From a virus (Duplodnaviria; Caudoviricetes): DNA of 28,255 nt. The translations under genes and the position numbers were made by a program. Positions 15,657 through 21,937 of the stretch are shown piece after piece. Every line of letters begins with the position of its first letter. The first letter of the stretch is position 1. The DNA lies in the IMG/VR virus record IMGVR_UViG_3300035392_000113, positions 1 to 28,255 of that record, one strand, 5' to 3'. Below the pieces are notes generated by a model. It ran no database searches. It saw only the letters and a list, made by a program, of their open reading frames with translations, and was not told where the DNA came from.

Positions 15657-16481
15657 ATGAATTACTATTGCCCTTATTGCTCAAATTACACGCCTATCAC
15701 CACCCCTATTCTTGCAGGTGGTTTATCAATGACTTGTATCCATTGCAAAAACGAAGTGATGATTTTGTTACATCCTGTCAACAGTGAGTTTTTCGGATTA
15801 ACAGACCGATTAAAGAAAATTTTGTTACAAGACGGAATTACTACGTTAACTCAATTATTGGAACAAAAAGATACTCTAACCTCAATTAAAGGGATTGGTG
15901 AAAAGAGTCTCACTGAGATTGATAATTTTTTTGAAAGTATGGGTATTGAAAAAACACCATCACTATTCGAAGGGTTTCTCAACAGTGGTGATGTTTTAGT
16001 TATCTGTGGTAATACAAGGATTGATACGGGGATTAAATTAATGAGGGCGGCGGTGTTAGCGGAATCATTTTTGGGTTTTCTCTGCACTAAGCAAAATGAA
16101 GTATTTTACATTACAGATGATAAAACCCCATTGTTGAATTATTCTTTTAATGAGAGTGAGATAACTCAAATGAATGAGCATTTGATATTACTTGACGGAA
16201 TATCCGATGACAGTATTAGTAAATTTTTAGCACTTTTAAGTCGTCCCATCAATCTCATTTGTCTTGACATCAACGGTTTTGTAGAGAATCAAAAACACCT
16301 ACTGTCTAATCTCAAGACAGAATGTCTCAAGTTCAGAACAGTAGGTGTTATTATCATCAATACTCCCTCTGCGTGGTTGATTGATAATGCAAACTCTGTT
16401 ATCTTTTGTGAAGATACAGAACTTAAATTATATAAAGATAATCAACTTACAGTATTTTCCAACGGTGAAACTGTGGAGTAA
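15657..16481 (+). CDS. Zn-ribbon + RNA polymerase alpha-CTD-like + degenerate RecA-like domain protein
   Basis: CPYC...CIHC; FGLTDRLKKILLQDGITTLTQLL...IKGIGEKSLTEI resembles alpha-CTD/HhH; LFEGFLNSGDVLVICG...VFYITDD...LICLD resembles an AAA_25/RecA fold without GK[ST]. Confidence 0.65.
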   Translation: MNYYCPYCSNYTPITTPILAGGLSMTCIHCKNEVMILLHPVNSEFFGLTDRLKKILLQDGITTLTQLLEQKDTLTSIKGIGEKSLTEIDNFFESMGIEKTPSLFEGFLNSGDVLVICGNTRIDTGIKLMRAAVLAESFLGFLCTKQNEVFYITDDKTPLLNYSFNESEITQMNEHLILLDGISDDSISKFLALLSRPINLICLDINGFVENQKHLLSNLKTECLKFRTVGVIIINTPSAWLIDNANSVIFCEDTELKLYKDNQLTVFSNGETVE

Positions 16482-16983
16482 AGAGGCATTTTTCCCATAA
16501 ATCTTTGCGCTCATAGTAAGTATTTAAGCCTTCAACCGTAAAATGCCCTGTTGCCCAAAACAGTTCGTCAATCGGTGTTATCCAATGCCCTGCTTGATAT
16601 TCTTCGTATCTCAGAATGTCATCTTTTTTGATGATACCACCATCTACGTCAACAGGGGCAACGTATTCAAAACCAATGACGGTTACAAGCGTATCAGGGG
16701 AACATTTATTAAACTCACAGAAAAAAGTTATAAACTGTTCAGGTGTCCATTTAGGGAATCCTTCCGCAATTACGTCTTGTTGAGTAATTAAATTCAACGG
16801 CTCATACCGATGTTCAGTCACTCTTATTTGACATAAATAACGAACCTTTTCCCCTTTCTTAAGCCCCTTGTCAATGGCGTTTAATATCTGCCCCACTTTC
16901 ACCTTATCCCACCCTAAACGGCGGGTTTTTGTTTTTGTACGGTATTCTATCTGAGGTGTAGTTTTGTGAAATGAAATGTTCAT
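16447..16983 (-). CDS. ASCH domain protein with C-terminal extension
   Basis: ISF...KTKTRR, EPLNLITQQDVIAEGF...FITFF...VTVIGFEY are ASCH/PUA-like motifs. Confidence 0.85.
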   Translation of the reverse strand: MNISFHKTTPQIEYRTKTKTRRLGWDKVKVGQILNAIDKGLKKGEKVRYLCQIRVTEHRYEPLNLITQQDVIAEGFPKWTPEQFITFFCEFNKCSPDTLVTVIGFEYVAPVDVDGGIIKKDDILRYEEYQAGHWITPIDELFWATGHFTVEGLNTYYERKDLWEKCLFTPQFHRWKIL

Positions 16984-17007
16984 TATGGTAGTAACCTGTA
17001 CAGTATG

Positions 17008-17101
17008 TGAGAGTGAGGGGAATCGAAACCCTTAAAGTTAGTTTTGAGTTAATTATTATGTCACTACGCTAACTGTGAGGAGTCCAATCCTCAACACTCT
17101 C
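17008..17101 (-). ncRNA. tRNA-like element with a 27-nt loop in place of the anticodon loop
   Basis: GAGAGTG/CACTCTC acceptor, GAGG-ATTGGACT-CCTC D arm, AGTTAG/CTAACT stem, AGGGT-TTCGATT-CCCCT T arm. Confidence 0.6.
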
Positions 17102-17170
17102 AGAATAACACGATTGTTTGATTTTGTCAATTATACCCTATAACCCCCCATTGTAGGGTCTCGTCTTACC

Positions 17171-17205
17171 ATAAAGGGTAGCTCAAAATTAGCTACCCTT
17201 TATTT
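17171..17205. terminator. Terminator hairpin downstream of the tmRNA-like gene
   Basis: ATAAAGGGTAGCT-caaaatt-AGCTACCCTTTAT inverted repeat. Confidence 0.75.
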
Positions 17206-17209
17206 CTAG

Positions 17210-17379
17210 TGGAGATGGCGGGTATCGAACCCGCGTACTACAGTCCTCACTAACTCATTCGCTGTAAACCATTAACCCTTCGCAAAACGGTTAATTTACC
17301 TTGAATAGTAGTCGCTATCGTGTTGCTGTGCGCCTTCGTGATAGCCTCTTAGACCGTAGGCGAAAACCATTTCATCCCC
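17210..17379 (-). ncRNA. Miniature tmRNA-like RNA (170 nt)
   Basis: 5' GGGGATG-AAATGGTTTTCGC-CTACGGTC ... GACTGTAG-TAC-GCGGG-TTCGATA-CCCGC-CATCTCC-A: acceptor stem with G3:U pair, stemless D loop, P2-like helix, T arm. Confidence 0.8.
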
Positions 17380-17393
17380 TAAATAATAAAACC

Positions 17394-17422
17394 ATTATAC
17401 TCTAATCATCATAGTTTGTCAA
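17394..17422 (-). promoter_or_regulatory. Consensus promoter for the tmRNA-like gene
   Basis: TTGACA (17422-17417), 17 bp, TATAAT (17399-17394). Confidence 0.9.
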
Positions 17423-17985
17423 ATAGGGTGAGTATATTTGAGCAATTCGAGTAAACGGGATTCAGGGTGTTTCCCTAACAGTTTCTTGAGTTTCTCATAA
17501 GTTTCGGTGGGGAAGGTTAAATTGAGTATCATTTCATCGGTAGGGACTTCGGGGGTGATGTTAGCGTCAGCTAACAATTCGTCAATCTCTTCGGGAAAAT
17601 AATAATCTGAAACATCTAAACCTTGAGTGATGTCGGCGTAAAGATTGGGGACATTTAGGGCATAATCAACTTTGGCGGTTTGATTGTCTGCGATGGTCAT
17701 TAAACGGCCTGTGGGGGTGTTAATGTCCACGTCAGTTCGTTCTATAATGACCATTTCATCGCCCTCTGTTTCAATGACCATTATCTCAGTAACGCCCATT
17801 TCTAAAGCGGCAGCGAAGGTTTTATTACCGCCCATAATGTTATCATTCATATCAAATAACAAAGGACGGGTAAATCCGTAATCGTTGATGGATTTTTTAA
17901 TGAGGGTTTTGCCTCGTTCAGTGCCATCGTTGTAATTGTTTGTGTCGGGTGTAACTTGAGTGACGGGTATGATTAAGTGAGACAT
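17419..17985 (-). CDS. ParB/Sulfiredoxin-like N-terminal domain protein (paralogue 2)
   Basis: NYNDGTERG..LIKKSI..YGF.RPLL.D....IMGGNKT...IADN pattern of phage ParB-like proteins. Confidence 0.75.
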   Translation of the reverse strand: MSHLIIPVTQVTPDTNNYNDGTERGKTLIKKSINDYGFTRPLLFDMNDNIMGGNKTFAAALEMGVTEIMVIETEGDEMVIIERTDVDINTPTGRLMTIADNQTAKVDYALNVPNLYADITQGLDVSDYYFPEEIDELLADANITPEVPTDEMILNLTFPTETYEKLKKLLGKHPESRLLELLKYTHPI

Positions 17986-18560
17986 AATTTTATAATGGCC
18001 TCTTCGGGAGTTGCAGCAAGTTTCGCTAACTCTGTTGTTACGAAAAAATATTCTTGTGAAGTAAACTCCAAATGAAATGATTTGTCTTTACTTGTCGCCC
18101 CCCCACCTTTTTTGGGTTCATCGGTTTCAGGTTGAATTTCACCAATAATTGCCACCAATTCCTCTTCGGTGAAATAAGGGGTTAAATCTAACCCCTTTTC
18201 GATATGATATAACAATTCCTCATTGGAAACGGCGTAATTGATTTCGTGAGTACGATTATCGGCTAACTTGAGTAACTGCCCCATTTCCGATTTGATACTC
18301 ACATCTTTACGGCGAACCGCTATTAACTGAGAACCATCACTTTTAACAAAAATAGCCTTCGTGAGATTAGAGGCAATCGCCGCACTGACCGTTTTATTAC
18401 CCCCCATCATCACTCTGTTACCATCAGCAAAACCACCACGCCCTAACCCCAATGTCGTAATGGATTGCGTTAATAAATGTTCCCCACGCATTGTCCCCTC
18501 ATTCAAATTGTGGTCATCTAAAATAACGGTACTTAAATCATCATAAACTATTTCGTCCAT
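17973..18560 (-). CDS. ParB/Sulfiredoxin-like N-terminal domain protein (paralogue 1)
   Basis: NLNEGTMRG..LLTQSI...GLGR...MMGGNKT...LADNRT; aligns with its neighbour. Confidence 0.75.
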   Translation of the reverse strand: MDEIVYDDLSTVILDDHNLNEGTMRGEHLLTQSITTLGLGRGGFADGNRVMMGGNKTVSAAIASNLTKAIFVKSDGSQLIAVRRKDVSIKSEMGQLLKLADNRTHEINYAVSNEELLYHIEKGLDLTPYFTEEELVAIIGEIQPETDEPKKGGGATSKDKSFHLEFTSQEYFFVTTELAKLAATPEEAIIKLCLT

Positions 18561-18868
18561 AATTGAGCATACCCCTCACTGAGTAACCACGCATTAATGT
18601 CAACTCCCTGTAACGTGGTTATATTTGCAATATAACGACCATAAACGTCTCGTTTATCCTTAACAGTGTCAATCATCACTGTCGTTCCCTCTATTTTCCC
18701 CTTCAATGCCTCATAACTCACTCTACCCGCCCCTGAACTCAACTCAGGGGCGTTAATCCGCCCTAACCGCAACCTCTGCTCTGTACTCACCCCAAACCCC
18801 AAATCTACCATCCCTATCACCGTATCACCATCTATCACCCGCTTTATTAACACCTTGTAATTATACAT
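18548..18868 (-). CDS. Thermonuclease (staphylococcal nuclease-like)
   Basis: RVIDGDTV, RLRLGRINAPE, DVYGRYIA, INAWLLSEGYA; GGAG RBS; no signal peptide. Confidence 0.92.
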   Translation of the reverse strand: MYNYKVLIKRVIDGDTVIGMVDLGFGVSTEQRLRLGRINAPELSSGAGRVSYEALKGKIEGTTVMIDTVKDKRDVYGRYIANITTLQGVDINAWLLSEGYAQLWTK

Positions 18869-19052
18869 CAATACTCCGTTTAACTTTAATTTTATGGGGC
18901 GATTATGATACCGTACTCCACGCCGATTCCAAAATCGGAATGAAACATTTCATCAAAAACCACCCACCCAAACTATTCGATTTTTGGGAAATATAATCAT
19001 CGTTATACCATAGTAATAACCTTAAAGTTTGATGAAAATAGGATTTACCCTA

Positions 19053-19081
19053 TTGACAAATACCAATAACTATGGTATAAT
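19053..19081 (+). promoter_or_regulatory. Consensus promoter heading the non-coding region
   Basis: TTGACA (19053-19058), 17 bp, TG-extended TATAAT (19076-19081); near-copy of the promoter at 832-878. Confidence 0.9.
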
Positions 19082-19196
19082 GGTATACATAAGAGAGTAA
19101 GTCAAACAGGAAGTGAGACGTATGAGCCACTACTGATTGAGGGTAGAGACCAAACTACCGTAAACAAAGAGCAAGTTGATAAACTACTCACTCATT

Positions 19197-19288
19197 GAAT
19201 AAACAAGAATAGACCTGAGCAACGTCACGAAAAGGCTTACCGAATGAGAATAAACAAGAATAGACCTGAGCAACGTCACGAAAAGGCT
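19197..19288 (+). repeat. 41-bp exact direct repeat, two copies
   Basis: GAATAAACAAGAATAGACCTGAGCAACGTCACGAAAAGGCT at 19197-19237 and 19248-19288. Confidence 0.95.
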
Positions 19289-19298
19289 CACTCAAGAA

Positions 19299-19433
19299 CT
19301 AAGGGGCGGCACTCTTAGAAAGACCTTAAGGGCAGTTTAGACTTTAAGGCACAAGACCTCAGAGGCGGCACTTTGAGGCAGAACAATACCCTTAGCGGCA
19401 TAAGGGTCAAAGACCAACGGGCGGCACTGTTGG
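19299..19433 (+). repeat. Array of five hairpins, four with a GCGGCA loop
   Basis: Hairpins at 19299-19318, 19324-19349, 19357-19378, 19388-19407 and 19414-19433. Confidence 0.9.
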
Positions 19434-19738
19434 CAATTAACAATAGCATATCGGTGCGATAGAGGGGATTAAGAGGTCGGTAACTCTCTCCCGCTAATGG
19501 AGCGATTTCATCAGGGCGCAGGATTTAATAGAGTTAGCGGGAGTAATAAAGTCCCGCTAACTCACTCAAGAATATGGTGGGTCATTTAATAAGCTGAGGT
19601 ACGCTTCGGTGAGGCAAGATGATTGACGGTACTTAGTTTCGATTTGTTGATGACTAAGGCAGAATCAATAATGGTGGTTCGAATCCATTCCCCGCTTGAC
19701 TAACATTTACACCTTAAACGGTTTACGATATAATTAAC

Positions 19739-20047
19739 GACTTAACAATCTAGTAACAATTAGTGATAGGATAATTGTGAAGTTGTTGTTAAGTCAGCTA
19801 ACATATTATTTTGATAACGGTTAAAAGAGAAATTATGTACGGGTGATGGGACTCTTCACAAACAGGGGGATATAGCGAACCCTTGAGATAACCGAAGGCA
19901 GAAACGGACTTCACTCATAGTATAAAAAGGCTAGAATAATTCTCCATTTGCTACGACCTCTATGTGCGAATAATGATGATTAGCATTTAATGACTTAATA
20001 ATCTAGTAAACGTAACTGATAGATTACGGCGAAGTTGTTGTTAAGTC
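19739..20047 (+). repeat. Duplicated ~57-nt hairpin module
   Basis: GACTTAAYAATCTAGTAA...TGATAG...GAAGTTGTTGTTAAGTC at 19739-19795 and 19992-20047. Confidence 0.9.
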
Positions 20048-20232
20048 ACTCACGAAACAACCTTTAACGAAAGTATAATTTTTCATCAGGTACATTACGG
20101 TAAGACCCATAACCGTACAGTTATAGTGGCGGGGGCATTAAGATGACATAATACCGTAATATAGTATACAAAGCTAGAATGATGAAAAATGGGCATCAAT
20201 ACCTCTTAAAATCAAAGGTCGTTAAGTGAAAC

Positions 20233-20261
20233 AACACCCTACTCAACTGAGTAGGGTGTTT
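20233..20261. terminator. Terminator hairpin between the ncRNA region and the convergent operon
   Basis: AACACCCTACTC-aact-GAGTAGGGTGTT-T. Confidence 0.7.
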
Positions 20262-20518
20262 AGTGTTATATCAGGATATTTCTGTTGTAATTTAACGAAT
20301 ATATCCCCAAACGTCACACAGACAATGTTTACGTTATGATTGCTGTAACCTTTACTTAAAGGGAATATGTTACGACATTCATTAAATGACCACATTTTTA
20401 CCGCCTCTTTTGTAGGCATTGTTACGATGTAGTTTTTAATCTCATTGTTATTTCCAATGACTGCCGTAATGGATACACTAAAAATGAGTTCGTGATATAA
20501 CTTTGCAATATCACGCAT
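20243..20518 (-). CDS. Hypothetical protein
   Basis: 91 aa, TAATG overlap with the dcd stop. Confidence 0.65.
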   Translation of the reverse strand: MRDIAKLYHELIFSVSITAVIGNNNEIKNYIVTMPTKEAVKMWSFNECRNIFPLSKGYSNHNVNIVCVTFGDIFVKLQQKYPDITLNTLLS

Positions 20519-21087
20519 TACAGCACTTTTGGTAAAGTAATACCCGTTTGTCCTTGATATTTCCCTTTACGGTCTAAGTAACTCACTTCACAGAGGGCAT
20601 CAGCTTGCAAGAACAACACTTGTGCAACGCCTTCATTGGCATAAATACGGGCGGGTAGGGGCGTAGTGTTGGAGATTTCAATGGTGATATAACCCTCCCA
20701 TTCAGGTTCTAAAACCGTCGGTGGTGAAACCAACCCACAACGGGCATACGTGGATTTGACGGTCATTAAGCCGATTAGATGACGAGGTATTTTAATGTAT
20801 TCAATCGTTCTTGATAAAACAAATGAGTTAGGCGGGGCAATGATAAATGTTCCCTTGTCATCTTTATGTAACACCCCATCAACAAAAGATAATTCATCAA
20901 AAGCTTTGGGGTCAATGACGATACCGTTAACATTGGTGAATATCTTAAATTCGTCCGCCGCACTCACGTCATACCCGTAACTTGAAAGACCAAACGAAAC
21001 TCTCCCTTTTCCCTGTTGCGTTTCAGTGAACGGAAATATCATCTCGTGTTCTAAAACTAATTGTTTAATTTGACTGTCAGCTAACAT
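20518..21087 (-). CDS. dcd: dCTP deaminase
   Basis: [56 protein letters not shown]; start MLADSQI at 21087. Confidence 0.95.
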   Translation of the reverse strand: MLADSQIKQLVLEHEMIFPFTETQQGKGRVSFGLSSYGYDVSAADEFKIFTNVNGIVIDPKAFDELSFVDGVLHKDDKGTFIIAPPNSFVLSRTIEYIKIPRHLIGLMTVKSTYARCGLVSPPTVLEPEWEGYITIEISNTTPLPARIYANEGVAQVLFLQADALCEVSYLDRKGKYQGQTGITLPKVL

Positions 21088-21346
21088 AAACACCCCCTTT
21101 CTCATTGGCCTCAATAATGGCTTTACTCAAGCCCGATAACTCACTCTTAGTGCCACGTTTCCCCATTTCCAATAACTCCGTTAATATCCACGCATCATTA
21201 CGGTTTACCAAATCATACCCGTAAACTTTAGTGTGTGTCCTAATACTACGAACCATAATCTGTCGTTGTGATAATACTACCAAAAATAACATTATAGTCA
21301 ACCCAATCACAAAACTAAAACAATTTGTTACAATTATAACTGTCAT
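21077..21346 (-). CDS. Hypothetical membrane protein
   Basis: N-terminal hydrophobic segment; AGGAG RBS. Confidence 0.7.
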   Translation of the reverse strand: MTVIIVTNCFSFVIGLTIMLFLVVLSQRQIMVRSIRTHTKVYGYDLVNRNDAWILTELLEMGKRGTKSELSGLSKAIIEANEKGGVYVS

Positions 21347-21437
21347 TTCAAGATACTCCTAAAAAGTCGTTTAATGAAATTATCAGGTTGATTATTCCAT
21401 AAACGCTTTAACAATTTAACTATTTCTTGAGTTTTTG

Positions 21438-21872
21438 TCATTTAATGATACTCCCTTTAAGTTCGTTATAAAGTTCCTCACTCATAAAATCTTGTTTCAA
21501 AAAATCAGGTTTTGTAATATCTACGATAATCCACGTCATCACTAAATCACAAAAGGTTATCATATAATACAGTCCATCAAATGTTTTAACAACATAAATC
21601 ATTAAGGTGGGAGAGATGTAATGACCGATAACGGCGATAATGAAGCTATCGGGTTTAAGTTCTCCGTTGTTGTGAAGTCGTTCAAACGGGAGTGTTGAGT
21701 TACTGAGTTCGAGCAGAGTGTAGATGTCGGCGATAATTCTTTGATAGGAGTGATAATAGGTGAGATACTGTTTACCGCCGATAAACAGACAGATAGCAGT
21801 AATGATTTTATCCTCAAACGAATTGCCGTTGAGGTCAGTTAGATGTTTTATGAGTTGTGGCGTTAAGGTCAT
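21438..21872 (-). CDS. Hypothetical protein
   Basis: 144 aa, AAGGA RBS. Confidence 0.75.
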   Translation of the reverse strand: MTLTPQLIKHLTDLNGNSFEDKIITAICLFIGGKQYLTYYHSYQRIIADIYTLLELSNSTLPFERLHNNGELKPDSFIIAVIGHYISPTLMIYVVKTFDGLYYMITFCDLVMTWIIVDITKPDFLKQDFMSEELYNELKGSIIK

Positions 21873-21888
21873 TTGAGTAAATCCTTAT

Positions 21889-21930
21889 AATAAAATAATC
21901 ACCCCATAATTATAGGGTGATTATTTTATT
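21889..21930 (-). terminator. Probable terminator after the replication genes
   Basis: AATAAAATAATCACCC-N10-GGGTGATTATTTTATT inverted repeat. Confidence 0.7.
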
Positions 21931-21937
21931 TAGTCAA

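Larger units (their letters stand above)
19088..20260 (+). ncRNA. Putative long structured non-coding transcript or ncRNA cluster
   Basis: No ORF of 60 aa or more in any frame in 18872-20242; promoter at one end, terminator at the other; several repeated hairpin modules with compensatory changes. Confidence 0.7.

Noticed and set aside
17210-17240. Prophage attachment site at a tmRNA 3' end
   Set aside because: Both ends of the RNA plus promoter and terminator are present, phage genes lie on both sides and no integrase is nearby; not fully excluded without the rest of the genome.
19112-19180. Hammerhead ribozyme (CTGATTGAG-GGTAG...CTACC-GTAAAC)
   Set aside because: The core deviates from CUGAnGA/GAAA, and no stem I/III arrangement places a UH cleavage triplet correctly.
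19197-19435. CRISPR array
   Set aside because: Only two exact 41-bp repeats with a 10-nt gap; the hairpin array has variable stems and short linkers rather than constant repeats with spacers; no cas genes in the window.
18872-20242. Retron msr-msd, DGR template, or replication origin as the explanation of the non-coding region
   Set aside because: No reverse transcriptase in the window, no noticed copy of this sequence in a gene, and strand-specific G:U pairing argues for RNA rather than iterons; an origin role cannot be wholly excluded.
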